DNA from: Trichosphaerium sp. ATCC 40318
Taxonomy: Eukaryota; Protista; Tubulinea
Length of the DNA: 64,000 nt
NCBI GenBank assembly: GCA_038496445.1
Contig: JALMLS010000315.1
Coordinates: 62,001 to 126,000 of the forward strand
Direction of reading: 5' to 3'
A model generated the notes under the pieces. The model saw only the letters and a list, made by a program, of their open reading frames with translations. It had not been told where the DNA came from and searched no databases. A program made the position numbers and the translations under genes. Below are positions 25,792 through 40,100 of this stretch, piece after piece. Position 1 is the first letter of the stretch. The number at the start of each line of letters is the position of its first letter.

Positions 25792-26664
25792 ATGCAACAT
25801 TTTGGAAAAACAGCACCCAAACCATTTTTCTGACTTGCCTTTTGGCTTCATTCCTTACAATCATCTACCGCTGTAACTAACATAATGTTTTAGTGGCCTA
25901 CACACGAATCAAGGGAAGCTGTTCCCGAAGTTGTACGACCAAGCAGACAAGCGCAATACCCATCATTTAAGCTTGTTTTCCACCCTGGTGCTCAAAGAAT
26001 TTTTGGACGTACTAAGTCACCGATTCTACACGCTCTTTGTATGACAATAATGTACAAGCTTGGTATTACGCAAGAGAGGAAGGGTTTCTATCGCGTGGTG
26101 TACGTTATTTCGTTCGAGCCTGTGCACTGACTCTTGCGCTGAAGTACTCTTCTAAAAGCTAACCTTTCTCTGTAGGGACCACAACATGTTCATGTTCGCT
26201 ATACTACTCCTTACAGGAAGCAAGCCAAGTAAAGTTAAAAGTGAATACCATAGATACAAAGCAATGACAAGGTACAACCTTTTTTTCAAAACGAAACCCA
26301 GTTAGGCATTTCTAGATAAAAACAAAAAAGACAGCAATTTTGTTACGATAAAAAGATACTTTTTTTTTTTTATGGCGTTGTCCCTTCAATAAATACTTAC
26401 GGTTTTGTTACAAATAGATGGATAAAAGTTTATGGCAAGCGTAAGCAATACCGTCAATGGACTTTCACCCTACGAAACGATAGAGCATCAGACTGGAACA
26501 GGGCATACAGATCTATTGTCGAAACAATAACGTTTAGTAATTGTGAACCTATTCTTGGCTACAGGAGTGGCGAACACGTGTACCATTTTTCAGAACCTCA
26601 GGGGCTAGGTTCTCAAAGCGTTAAGACGTTAATACGCAAATTCTCGCGAACAGGGTATTGGTAA
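25792..26664 (+). CDS. Basic hypothetical protein, weakly ribosomal uS10-like
   Basis: Spliced frame SFKLVFHPGAQRIFG..GPQHVHVRYILLTGSKPSKVKSEYHRYKAMTRWIKV..FSRTGYW*; start uncertain. Confidence 0.4.
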
Positions 26665-26966
26665 CGGAGAAAAATCTCGGCCGAACTCAAACAACCCAAA
26701 AAAACGGAATGTATTATATAATCCGCTTATGTACAAAAAACAAACAAACAAAAATCTAAAATAAAACCAAATTTCCAACTGATTATCTTTCTTAACGCTC
26801 TCAAGAACGTCTTTCTCTTTTTCTGGGTTTTATGTATAAATAAAGCATTAAACAAGTAACGTCATAAAGTGTAACATGAATATGTACATACAATCTCTTT
26901 TGAAAACTAGGTTTACGGCACGAAGAAAAACTGCACAACTTTTTTTTTTGGTTCACAAAAACCGGT

Positions 26967-27683
26967 TTATTCTGATTTACCCGGTTGTTCTTCGTCTCCC
27001 TTTTCGCTTGTCTCCTCTCTATATACATCCTTCCTCTTTGCGTATAGCCCAGGAACCGGCAACAGCCATTTCATGGGATCATAACCCATACTTTGAGCGA
27101 TGTGTACAACAGGAGGTGTTAATATCATGCTAAGACCGAGACGAATAGGTGACGTCAGTTTGTGTGCAGCTATAGCAACACCCATTGTTCCTGCAGTCTC
27201 TAATCCCTAACCAAAAAAAAAACGTTATTAGAACACGTTTAGACACGTTTCGCATCGGAGATCTCATCCGAAAAAAACCAAAAACACATGTGACGTATTT
27301 TTCATTAACCAAATGTTTGGTTTTTTTTTCTTTTGGATGTGATAAACGAAGTGAAAACAGAGAAGCAGTTTCTTGTTTGTAAAAATAGTATTGTCGTAAT
27401 TGCAGTCTAATGTATTACTACAAGAGTCGGCCTCTGCTATAAAGGAGCAAAAAAGAGAGAGCTGTAAAGATAGCTTTTTTGAGTTGAAAAAGAAAGAACA
27501 CGTGATAATTGAAAAAAAGGAAAGTACCTGAGGTAACCCAATATAATCAAAAGCAGGCGTCAAATCAACACCGCTTGATAGTAGAACAAACCACCCAACC
27601 AAAAAAAAAAAGCCACTACCAAAGTGTACGAGAAAGTAAGTAGCGCCATATTTAGAGAATGCCCGTAATACTGTAGGATTCAT
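26967..27683 (-). CDS. FAM210/DUF1279 family membrane protein
   Basis: FSKYGATYFLVHF..LLSSGVD|AGTMGVAIAAHKLTSPIRLGLSMILTP; two exons. Confidence 0.88.
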
Positions 27684-28009
27684 CTTTGATCCCTATAATT
27701 TACGACATTAATACTACAAAAAAAAAAAATTGATGTGCAAACAAAAGAAGAAGTGTGTTGTATTATCGCACAAAAAAAAGATTTGTGTCACGTGAAATTG
27801 TGAAATATTATTCCGAGATGATTAAAAAAATGTTGGGTTGTGAGAAAGAGGAGGAATATTTAAGTAAGTTGTAATAGAAACAGAGCAAAAAAATGACACA
27901 TTTTTTTTTGAATTTCTTTCTCGAAATTTCTAGCGCACACAACGGAAAAAATAGTTTTGCCTTGACAACGTCATGGTAGCGCAAAATGACGTAATTTCCT
28001 CTAAAATGA

Positions 28010-28790
28010 TCAAACGCAAGTGTAAAATGGTAGAATTACAAAAAAAGAAAAAGTCCAAAGTTCCCATACCCTCGTCAAGTCATCAACAGATTGCCACATA
28101 CGAACTTGTATAGACTCTTTGTTTTCCATGGTAATTGACTGTCTGTACGTCACACGTACTAATTCTTCACCACGTAGGTCATCTTTTCGGCTTTCTAGAC
28201 TCGGTTCTGTCTTTCGTTCTGGTTTTAGTTCGTTCTGTGTTTTCTGTCCCTCTTCATCGCTAGAATCAAAGAAAGCGTATCGTCGCACCACAACGCGAGG
28301 TGTAAAAGCCGAGTTATGACGTTTGGTTTCTAGGCTCTAAATTAGTCTTTTACAGCACATATTACGCAGTCTGGCGATGAGAGCGGCTAAACGCTTTATT
28401 CAATAATAGCTTACGTACGTTTTTCGCTGTAATATCGCTTCCCACTCCCATGGACGCCTTAATTCCGCATTAGATTGGAATTTCGGTAATAGTAAATTAC
28501 TACAATGCAATAGACTCGCAAAACACTCTCACCATTGGCTACGTGTGCGCGAAGGAGCAATCTTGGCACTATCATAAGGCCTGTACTATTACCAGTCTTT
28601 CTTTCTTCGAGACTTAAAACCAAGCAGCTTAATACACGTATCTGCGCAGTACTTGCGTGAATAGATGAACCAGCACGTGGGCACTTCTTACACCTTACTA
28701 CAAGAAACCTACTTTTGATTGCTACGTTCTGATAAAGCTGGGCATCAAAAAATAGACGGCCAAGTGCACAATATATTGAGCAGAAGCATA
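28010..28790 (-). CDS. Hypothetical multi-exon protein
   Basis: Coding-like exon SLETKRHNSAFTPRVVVRRYAFFDSSDEEG..VRMWQSVDDL; upstream exons uncertain. Confidence 0.3.
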
Positions 28791-29040
28791 ACAACAAACC
28801 ATAAAGAAATAATGCAAAGAGCAAAAAAAAAGGTAAACTTGTTATTGAATACTACAACACAAATAAAGCGCTTCCAGAGCGAAAAATAACTGACGAAAAA
28901 ACTAGCTGACTTGGCCGATACGTACCGATACGGCAATAATAAGTCACGTGCGCGACCAGTTAAGTACGAACGTAAATCACTTTTTAAGCAACTTTCACTC
29001 ATACACAACAACAAACAACCTCGTACAAAACCCTATTGAG

Positions 29041-29906
29041 ATGTCCAACATTGTACGTGGCTAGTTTAAACTTTTTTACAACGCATGATGCAATTTCTAA
29101 ATAAGGCGTATCAACCTTATACGCTTTGTTAACAACTACATACGCGCTTTAAACCCTTTTTGTGCAGTTACATGCATTTTATAGGTTTCTTGTCTAAAAC
29201 GACCGTTTAGGGCCCAATTAAAGCATATTATGACGCTAAATCTATTCACGAAGTAGAGCCTCATCTAGAACGCATCAAATCTGGTTTATTCCAGGGATTC
29301 ATGCAAAGCCACCCAATCGGCTATTGGCAGTTCCACCAATTCAAGTACAAGCCTGGCATGTCGTTCGTTAAAGCTAGCTACGCCGAGTGCTTCATGCATC
29401 TTCTCGTTGAGTGTCAAGCAAATTGCCGACCGGAAACATGCTTTTTAGTGATTTACAGCGGACAAAGAGGTAAAAAAATCGCAAAGCAACATTCTTTGCT
29501 GCTAGTGGCTGACGATTCAATCTTTTTCTAGGTCCCTTCGGTAAACCTTCTCATTGTATTACGCTCATTTCAAAGGGAGATAAGTTGTACAACATGGGAC
29601 AAAAGAAAGCAACAGGACCAACTCAAAGAGATATGGTAAGTATAAAAAAGAGTTGGTTCATAAACCAAACTTTGTTCCTTTTTTTTTTTTAGTAATGCTG
29701 ACACATGTGTTTGTTAGGTTCGTATTATACCACGTGATAAGGGAGATGGTAAAAAAATACTGTGCTTTTCCGTAGGAAAAAAGAACATATCAGCGTTCGC
29801 CAAGTTGTTGAAGCCTTATGTCAAACTTATAGCCAAAGGAAAAAATCCTTTGACAGGTGCCACAATCGGTCCTTTTGATGACCCTGACTTGCAAGCATCT
29901 GATTAA
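29041..29906 (+). CDS. Hypothetical multi-exon protein
   Basis: Exons GPIKAYYDAKSIHEVEPHLERIKSG, GPFGKPSHCITLISKG, VRIIPRDKGDGKKILCF..PDLQASD* followed by AATAAA. Confidence 0.55.
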
Positions 29907-30049
29907 ATAAATCACCAGTGATTCTTATTTTCGAAGTTTGTTGAAACATACTTTCATTTGTTGGCAGTCGAATTCCGTTAGTCTAATTGGTAAAAAAAAT
30001 ATCAAACATTTTAATTAAGACAGTAGTACGGACTAGCGTTTTATTTATG

Positions 30050-31094
30050 TCAAGGTTCTTGAACAGATTTTATGGTCTTATGCATGTTAATAGAACGTGA
30101 TTTTATCAATACAGCGTTTGGTTTATCATTGTCATCTATTCTAAACTTTGCCTAAAGACCAGAGAAATTAGGGTGAAGCCAAACAACATTAAAAAAAGGC
30201 GCGTACCACTTCCTCAGTTTTACCTGTACCGATATGCCTTTTAAGTACACGGTTCATTGCAACGTCTATATCGCAATCTATACAAAACCATTACTACCTC
30301 TGTTGTGCGTGTACTCTTAGTGTACCTAAAAACCATCTGAAATCCATAAGAGCCGCAATATCAACCCAAATTGGTTCATCCAAAAGTAGGTAATTACCTT
30401 CCATTATTATCAACTTGTGACTACAACCCGAATTACAAAAACAGTAATAATCTTCTTTTCTACCTCTTTTGAATGACAATAGCGTCCGGTACAGGGTCAC
30501 CAATACTACCCCAACGATAAGAGAAAGCTCTGCGGATGAAAGAAAAAATAAAAGTACCCATGATCAAAAGAAGGCACTTTTCCTTCTCCAGTGCTCTTGA
30601 TTTCTTTTACAAGAGCCAAAAGAGCTAAGATTAATCTCTTAGAAATCACGTCGTAGCCCAATGTACCAACACGTGCCTTTGGCATTAAAGGTCCATGGAG
30701 CGCCTTGAGCTAATTTAAATGACTTCAACACGTGCTCAACGCACCTCTCTTGCGACGTGCAAGCTCTGGGTCCTTGTTTACACATGAGAATCTGAAATAT
30801 TTGAAATGGTTAGCGCCGTACGTCCATTTGTGCTAATTCTCGCTTGTAGTAGTGGAATCCATCCATTGGGAAGTACGCTGCGGCATTGGGAAGTTGGCTA
30901 TTTACCAAAGCTACCAATTGTTTTGCAGTGGTCGATTTACCACTTCCCGGACATCCGGCAATAGCTACGAATACTTGTTTCGTAGTTCTGTGGAAAACGT
31001 CAGAAATGTTACACCTACCTCGATCAATGACGCACGTAGAGCTAGACAGGTATTGTATTAACTCTTTAGACAACCTGTCGTAAGTTGCCTGCAT
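30050..31094 (-). CDS. P-loop kinase, YFH7/uridine kinase/phosphoribulokinase-like
   Basis: IAGCPGSGKST, PMDGFH, RGAPWTFN, PSFDH..GDP, IIMEGNYLLL. Confidence 0.92.
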
Positions 31095-31271
31095 TTTATC
31101 AAAAACGACCTTCGATCAACAACTGCCACACGTATCGCTACGCCACAACCAAATTGGGGAAATAGAAATAAAACTGCTGTCATAACTTAACGACACGATT
31201 TTTTTGTTTTTAGCTGTGAACTTGCTCCTTTGGTGTATGTAGTAAGTGACATCAAATCCTCACTGCGTAGT

Positions 31272-34200
31272 ATGGCAGATACTCCAAATAGACGAAGATT
31301 GGTTTCTCCAAAAAGGCGAGGCTCTAGACTACAAAAAGGCGGTAAAGATAACGTCGTTGATGGCAAATACGTAAGAGACCGGAATCTGGTTTAAATTTGT
31401 CATAATTGACATTACAACACGGCTCATTGAGCGTTGTATACTCTATATTGCGCTGATCTCTCCACCTCACTCAATATCGTAATTTTCTAACGTTTTTTAG
31501 AGCCTAGGCACTGTTCTTGGTAAAGGCGCATTTGGCACTGTATACGAAGGTGCTGAAAACGCATTATGAATTGTTTTTTTTCTAAACTGGCTTCATAGCC
31601 TTTAATTTAGCCAATGGGCAAACGGTAGCGATCAAACGCGTGGAACTGTCCTCAGTGCCAGAGGACTCAGTCGCAAGCACGGAGGCGGAACTGGTACGCA
31701 CAAAATAGCCGCAAACAAAGCAACAACCATCTCACGCGCTTGCAATATCAAAAAATATCCTCACCTAAAAGACAGCCAACTAACGCCCAAACAGGAAATA
31801 TTAAAATCTCTACGCCATGAGAACGTAGTAGGTTACATTGGCACTGTAAAGACAAGCACATTTTTGAACATAATCCTGGAATACATCGAGGGAGGTTCAC
31901 TTTTAACAGTTGTCAAAAAATTTGGTGAGCTATCAGAAACTCTAACGAGTGTATACATGCATCAAGTGTTGATGGGTCTGGTGTACTTGCATGACCAAGG
32001 CGTACGTTTTAATTTTTTTCACTTTTTTTTTCTTTTTTCGGTTTATGAAGACTCTGACGTTTGTATCTAGGTTATTCATCGCGATATTAAAGCAGCCAGT
32101 ATCTTTTTACCATTTTAGTTTATTTAGGATTTTGATTTCTTTTTTTTTCTGTGAATTTTGTTAAAAAATTTTAACTCAACGAGATATTCTTACGACAAAG
32201 TCTGGTATTGTGAAACTAGCCGATTTTGGTGCGTATTTGTGGTGTGAACGACTCTCTACTAACCTTTCACAGGTGTTGCAACACTCACAAATAATATTGA
32301 GAGCCAGGAGGTGCTTGGAAGTCCGTATTGGTACTCGCTTCAATACAACTATGTTTTTTAGCTCACCTTTGTTTAGGATGGCGCCAGAGATTATAGAAAT
32401 GAACGGAGCTACACCAAAATCTGACATATGGAGTCTAGGCGCCACCGTAATTGAGGTATTTTATGCACAACTTTTAGCACTGTTTCTAATGTCTTGCGTA
32501 GGTAATGACTGGCACTCCGCCGTACTGGGATATTCCTCCTTTGTCGGCAATGTACAAAATTGTAGAGTCAGAGGAGCCTCCACCTTTCCCTGAAGAGATT
32601 TCTACAGGTATTACAAAACTAATTATCTCAGTGTTGTTGTATTGACAACATGATAAGATCTGAACAATTTTTTGCTGGTTTGTTTTGAGAGGGATGAAGA
32701 GGATCGATTATCTGCCTCTGATTTATCGGGACACAAGTGGCTTGATGATTCATCAACTAAAGAAGATGACGGTTCAGTACGAGATCCAAATAGACTGGGG
32801 TTTTTTTGTTGCTAACATGGCGTAGACTACTCAACCTTATTTAAAGCGATCCCCTACAAAAAACAGCATTAAACCGTCTGGTACTGTTGAAATTAAAGTA
32901 TCAAAGTCACGTGGCAAGATGAGTGAATCAAGCGAGACTTGCTCGTCAATAGATACATCATCTCCGAGAATGAAAGAAGCTGGTGCTGTTGGTAGACTTA
33001 AGAGTAGAAGGGTACATGATTACTTGTTGGAGACCGTATCTTACGGTATATAGCGTGGCCATAAGCGACATAACTTGAGTATTTCATCTCAGGGCGTTTA
33101 CAAATTACTGGAGCAAGTTGATGCACTAGAAACGTTTGAAAAAGGTACTCTTCCATAAGTCATGCTATCTAGGTAACTTAATACTGATTCCTTCCATTTA
33201 GCTGTTAGAGATCTTGTACGCAGTATTATTATTGAAGTGAGAAAGAACAATGATTTGGAGGAAGATGTTAAAAGGCTTGACAAGAAGATTGAGCTTCTTA
33301 TTAGAAACCGAATCACACTCGAAGAACTCGTGAATTCGCCTAAACCTACGCGTATGCATCGCGCTATGAGCCAGCCTTTGACTAGCCGAGGTGGTGCTTG
33401 CGTTCTTTCTGACCCTGTCTGTGCTGCGGTACGCGAACTTTAGTTCTTAGCAGTCATTTATTGTGCTTACACCGTTTTTCTTGTAGGCTTACGGGAAGTT
33501 CTTTTATATTCTTCAAGCTAACCCTGATTATCTTGCAAACTTGATTTTTTACCAAGCTGGTAATGATAAATATAAGAGCATCATTAATCCAATTATTTTG
33601 ACTATGTATGGCTATGGTTATTCAACAAGGTACTTAGTTTTGCTTTGAAATCAAGGTTTGAGATCTCTGCCTTTTCTTTATTTCAGCGCTTTTACAAATG
33701 TTGGTGGTTTGGATAGATACCGTTGTTTGCGAGGCCATCAGTCAAATCTGAATGTTTTTTCAAACTTTTTTAGGGAGGAATACTTGCTTTTAGAGTTGTT
33801 TGATACAGCTATTCAGCGAGAAATAAATAATTTGAGCTCTTTGGGAGCTTTTCAAGAAGAAGGTGAAATTTTGCTACAAATGATTATGAGTTACAGCAGG
33901 TATGTTTGACACTCTTTATAAACAAAAAACCTTTTCATCTCGATTATGGGCTTACACGATTAAGGCGCATTCAAGAATACGAGTTTATTCGAGAGTTACA
34001 TGCGGAGAACATTGACAATGTTATTTCAAGCGATATTCAGCTTGAGATTAATCCTATCAAAGTGTGGAAGGCTATGATAAATAAACAAGAAGTTAAAACT
34101 GGCGGAAAGTCAAATCTTGATCCCAACGCAAAACTAGGTTAGTTTCTACGAAATATAAAGCCATTTTAGCCTTATTGAAACATTTAGATCATATTCTACA

Positions 34201-36155
34201 AGATGCAAGTCTCGTAAAAGAACTTGGTACACGTATAGATCAATTACTTGCTTGTGTTGGTTCCTTTCTTGAAAGGTTAGCTTATTATTCCTCTGTTTGT
34301 GTTGACTTTTCTTCTAACTTTAAAAAGGATGGTTGATGCTTTGACATCGTTCCCATATGGTATTCGCTGGATTATGCGCCGCATTCGTGCTAGTCTACAT
34401 AAAAGGTGAGCTACTTTGTTCCCGAGTAACACTCATGTGTCTACTTGTAGGTTCCCAGATGCCAGAGAAGCTTCTGTCATGCGTATATTAGGTTATATAG
34501 TATTCTATCGCTTCCTCGCTCCAGCGATTGTATCTCCAGAAGATTACGAGCTTGCAGCAAATGTACCATTGAAGGACAAACTTAACTTAATCACAGTAAG
34601 CAGTCCTTTTTGCTTAGAGTAAAAGCGAAGGTAAAAATCTTATTATGTTGTAGATTTCAAAATTCTTAACTACGATCATCAACAAAGTACCTGTAACAGA
34701 GTACTCGCCTCAATACAAAAAAGTAAACGAGTTCATCGAAGATTGCCACAAGAAATTCATGAAGTTTTTGGAAATACTAGTAGACGTGCCAAAACCATCA
34801 GAGCAACTTCAGGTACCGGCTGACATTAGTCTCAAAAGCGTATAAGACAATAACTGTTTTTTTTTTTTAAGGTTGACGGGAAATACTTAGAGTACCTGTG
34901 CCACCACCAACCTGTTATCTATATCTCACCTAATGAGATTTTCTTACTTCATAAACTTATACGTGAAGATATTGATAAGTTAGCACCAAAAAAGGATGAT
35001 AAGCTACGTAAAATCCTTAGTGCTCTTCCAGAGGAGGTTCCTTCTCTGCAAAAAGGTAAGAGATATGAGAACGAAGTAGCTTTGGCTTTAGTACAACCTC
35101 TTGAAGCACTAGAAGACACAACAAAGACAGGTACGTGTTTTTAAGTGTAAGAGCTGTTTGTCTTATTTTTTGTATTACAATAGAAGCACAGACGTTGACG
35201 AAATATGAAAAAGTTAAACGTCAACTCATGACTATTCTTCGTCAGGATCATGACGTTCATTTACGTGACTTGGATCTCTATGACTTTTTACAAGGTATCA
35301 TGAAGGTCAAATCATTTCTTCTTGGTTACTTTCTCGTTACTGACTATACCCTTTAAGATATGCAAAATTCTGAAGGCTCGTCTACTCGTAGATTGGCTGC
35401 TAAGATATGTACAGCCCTAGACGAGCTTACTGAAGCAGGTGTATTGGAGTCCTACGCTCAAGCGTTGGAGGATTTAAAGGTCGATATTCATAAACGTCTG
35501 CATCTCAAGCGTAAGCTTGATAAAGAGAAAGAACGCCTTGCAACAACACTTGAGCGCCTTCAAGAGAAGGAGGGATATCTCAAAGACCAATTAAGAGCTT
35601 ATAACTCTTATGTTAAGTCATGCTTGGAACAAACTGTTTTGAAGTACGTTTAAACCAAAGAAAGATAAATATTTTCTTGTGTTCACACCGAGGTTTAGGC
35701 GTAAAAAGAAGAAGAAGGGTAAGGACAAGAAACAAGCAAAGAAATTTGCTTGTAGTGAACTTGTAAAGAGGGGTGTGATTGTGTCAATTGATTGGCCAAA
35801 ATCTCAGTAAGATTCCTTTTTTTACGGTCTGTGGTTTTTTAACTTTTTGTTTTAAGGCATTCGACATTGACTTTTAAGATAAAACAAACATATAGACATG
35901 GTATCTTTGATGTATATGTATTATTGAAAGGAATACAAACAGCAAAAATTACTCTAGAAATGGATGATCTCTTAGAGAAACAGGTACTGTTTATTTTGTG
36001 TTATTGCCACTTTTTTTTTTTTGCTGACTGGTTTTTTTTTTTAGTACAAGGGAGATACGGAGATATCATTTATGGGCGGAAGATGTGTCTTACATGTCAA
36101 TCTAGTATTACATATGCTTAATCAAATGATTGTATCCTCAGTTAAGAAAAAGTAA
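31272..36155 (+). CDS. STE-group Ser/Thr kinase (Cdc15/SepA-like) fused to an IQGAP-type RasGAP-related domain and RasGAP_C region
   Basis: LGKGAFG, VAIK, HRDIKAANIL, DFG, GSPYWMAPE, SDIWSLG; then [68 protein letters not shown]. Confidence 0.9.
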
Positions 36156-37112
36156 GAGAGAAACAACTAATGACGAAAGTTACTTTTTTGAATTAGTTAA
36201 ATATCCAAACTCACGCAACTTCTTGGGGATTTTTCTTTTTGAGGGCGCGTCTAAATTGTGTGAGGAAACTGTACCAATAAATAAATAAACAAATAAAAAC
36301 ATTAAACAGTGTAACACGTGTGTTGCCACGTTGTATTTCTGAGACAATTACTAGTTCTTGAAATTGTGCGTGTAGTGTTTACTAACTTGTCATCAGCGTT
36401 ACGCCCAATTCAAAACGTACAGCAAATAGTCATCGTACAGTCAGCAAACTTTATTAACAGAATCTGTGTCTAAAACGTCAACGTTACAAACGTCTTTAAT
36501 ACGGAGAACTGCCTTAGCGAACTACGAAACTAATTGTGTACACAAATCCTGAAGCGTCTAAATATGTGTTTACAGGCTATCTGTGACGTATTCACGCTCG
36601 GCGCAGCTAAGTATCACTGCTCTAAACTGTTTTTTTTAATAAATGCGCGTGTACATCTTTAAAACGGTGTATATTTACCATGTTACCGCTCGTATAGTTG
36701 GGATACTTTATTGCGAAATTTCCACGGTGTAGAAGGTGATACGCAGTGAGGTAACATAAGAAGTGTTTTTTCTCTGAATTTTCGAAGTTTACTGGTGTCA
36801 CTTTAACAAAATTTTTTATGAGTATACAACACTACGTATCCAACATTCTATAATGCAATTTCAACAACAAAACAAGGTACTACACTAATAGCGATAGAAG
36901 AAAAAGCATGAATTACCCTTTATTTACGAAAAGCGTTAAAAATACGCTGTAGTCTGTTTATTTCATATAAACAACCCGATTACGGCGTTTAAAAATTATT
37001 TTGTAGTCATTGAAGCATTTTCTGTAGTTCGCATTTTGCTATTATGAAAAACTGAAATTATCCAACTTTCCCGATCAACGAATGGCGAAAATTTCTTTCT
37101 TTCAATCCCGCG

Positions 37113-37139
37113 TTCGCTGGTAGGTGACCTTCCAGCGAA
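37113..37139. promoter_or_regulatory. Imperfect palindrome/hairpin ~53 nt upstream of the transcription factor ATG
   Basis: TTCGCTGG-T-AGGT-G-ACCT-T-CCAGCGAA. Confidence 0.35.
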
Positions 37140-37192
37140 ATTAATAAATGTAGGCAAACCTAGAACTACACAAAGAAAAACAGAACGGAATT

Positions 37193-40100
37193 ATGAATTT
37201 GGAACAGATAAAGCAAGGATTGTTGGAGTTATTGTTTCTACTACAAAGTCTTGGGAATACACAAGTTGTTGGATTATGCCAGTTCGTAAATCCTGGTGCG
37301 AGCCCAGAGCTCGATGTAGGTTCTCTACACGACCTCGTACAACAATCAGGGGCACCACAAGTCGAGAAATTGATCACCGAAGCGAATCAGGCTCAGAGCC
37401 AACAGTATCCCGAGGGAGGCGCTAATTCACGTCAAATTGAACAATTTACGACGTTATGGCTCCTGTATCAGCTACAAGCTCTTTTATCCGGCCTTTCGTC
37501 TGTTCAACTGATGAAGCTGTTCGAAGTGGTACCTACTACGGCAGCTCCAGAAGCCCAACTCAACATTCTACAACAACTTCAACAATTGTTTGGCGATTTA
37601 CAGCCCGCGGCGTTGCAATCTCTTCAAGAACAGATTAGATCGTCTCCCGGTACGTTTTTTGGCTCTTTGTAGTAAAACAAAAAATGCACGCTTTAAAAAT
37701 TCGAAACGTCACCCAAAACTCTTTCTATCGAGTAGAAAACACACACAGAAGCGTAAAGCGTCAAAAAAAACACGAAAAAATTATTTTATGGCTAACACGA
37801 CGATTAGGGATGGAATTAAAGCGATTGAACGAGATAATGTTACTGGCCAGTCAAGTACGCAATAGTTTTCCATTTATTTAAAGGTGGAGCTAAAAATGAC
37901 GTCAAAACGTCTAATACGCGCTGAAAATACTTTCTCACAGTATATTCTGTTTTTTCCAAGTTTCTGGAATTCAACATTTTTTTTGAACGTTGCACACAAT
38001 TTCGGACACAATTAGTGAATTTTGAGTATAAGACTGCATTTTATTCATTGCATAACAGATACTGTTAATGACATGATAAGATTTTGTCTAAAAAATGGGT
38101 TTCAATCAACTTAGCGTTTTTTTGCTTTTTTTTTTTTTTTTTTTTCATGAGCGTGTTCTTGTTCTTACTGATTTTTCTTAGGACTTCCATTTGTACCAAC
38201 CTCTTCTTGGTGTTTTACAACTTGAGACACATGAATTACTTGGACTTAAGGAAGTTTTACCGACCTTGGAGTACATACAGCTGATTCAGCTTCTTCGTTT
38301 ATTTGCTGAAGGAAAAAATGGTACAAATTGGTTAAACCTTTTTTTTTGTTTTGGTAACGAAAATATGGACACAGTATTCGTAGCATGCTACGCATCATTG
38401 TTTCATATTAACTGTTAAAAAGTATTTTATTTGTTTTACTACTAGGATTGCTCTAATGATTGGTTATAGGGTCGTACTCCATGATGGAATATCGTTCATT
38501 GTTAGTGAAGGAGGATCCTCTTGATAACATTCAAACAGTACCAGCATTTGTGACACCACCATCAGATAGTATTGTTACCGATGCTCAAATTGCAAAAGTG
38601 TACGTTTTATTGCTCAAATACTAATTTGTTTTTTTTGTCATTGTTGACACGTGCCTGTCACGCCATGTTTAATTGGTTGATGATAAAAAAAAACCAATTG
38701 GTGATTGTGGTTTATTTTCTGACATCTAAATAGGCTTGATGAGGCATCAAATGCTCCTCCTCCCACCATTGCGTACGTTTTGTAATATTAGGTTTACACC
38801 CAAGTCTCTCAGAGAGTTCAATTTTTTGTTGTGGTTTTTTTTTTTTTCCATACTTTCTCTTCGTCTAACGTTTTCTTTTAGGGGTGAGAAACTTCGATTG
38901 GAAATAGTTGAGCAACCGCCAGATAAATGTGTTTACAAGAGAAATGTCAAACCAACACCAACTGTTATGATAGTTGGCGACAACTCAAAGTAAGTTTGGT
39001 TCATATCTTTTTTTTTTTTTTTTGTAAATCTGAAAAAACTTGTTAACACTAAGAACTCGTACTACTAAAAAGAAAAATATAGCCGTGTCAATTTTAATAC
39101 AAGTAACTAACGTGATTATAGCTTCGATGGAAATCTTTATGTCGTCCCAACATTATTGCGGTGTGATACTTTCGAGGAAGAACCTGAATTGATCACTGGT
39201 AACAAACCTGCAAAGTACGCAACCTCAATCGTAGATTGATCGTTATGACTTATTTTAATTGTTAAGGGTTACTACTGGTCGTGTTTTGCCCTTCAAGCGG
39301 TTGAAGATATTGTGTACCTCTCATCAGATGAAAGAGACGCTCTTTTCTATTAGATTTGAACTCCGAAAGTACAAAGGCGCCGAGTACACTGTACTTGGTG
39401 CATGCACTTCCAACCCCATCCAAGTATTATCTCACTCCACCCAACTTAAACCTGCCGCACATTCGAAACCTGTCGTACAAGAAGTGATTCCGTGCTCTGG
39501 GCCACCGTCTGGATTTACGCGAGTAGCTGTACTAGGTAAGCTTCAAAGAACCTTTTTTTTTTTTGTTCTTTATTGTCGCGTTTTTTACGTCTAAATGGTT
39601 TCTGATAATGATTAGGCAACAACTTTGTTGATTCTCCAACAACTAGGGTAAAGTTTGACAAGACAGAAGTCATGCCGATCTTTCATGGACCAAAAACGTT
39701 GATTTGCCATACACCACGACACGGCCCGGGCACTGTCACGGTACACGTGTGCAATGACGCCAAAAGATGGTCTGATACTGCTGGAACGTTTACCTATGAC
39801 GACAATATTCCTGAAGAAGATGGCAAGATCGCTACGTACATTGACAACCAGTTCAATTTAAATATTGGTAAGTAGCATATTTTTCTTCACCTTCTCCTTC
39901 TTCTTTTGGCTCATTTCTTTTTTAGCAAACTCTATTTGTGAAGCAGCTTTTGAAGGTGGCTTCGAAACTGTGCGTGCACTCCAAGAACAAGGCGCTGATG
40001 TAAATCATCAAGATGTAAGAGGTTATGCCCCTATTCATTACGCTGCAGCGAATGGAAAAGCAGATGTAGCCAAGGCCCTCGTGGATGCGGGCGCACGGCT

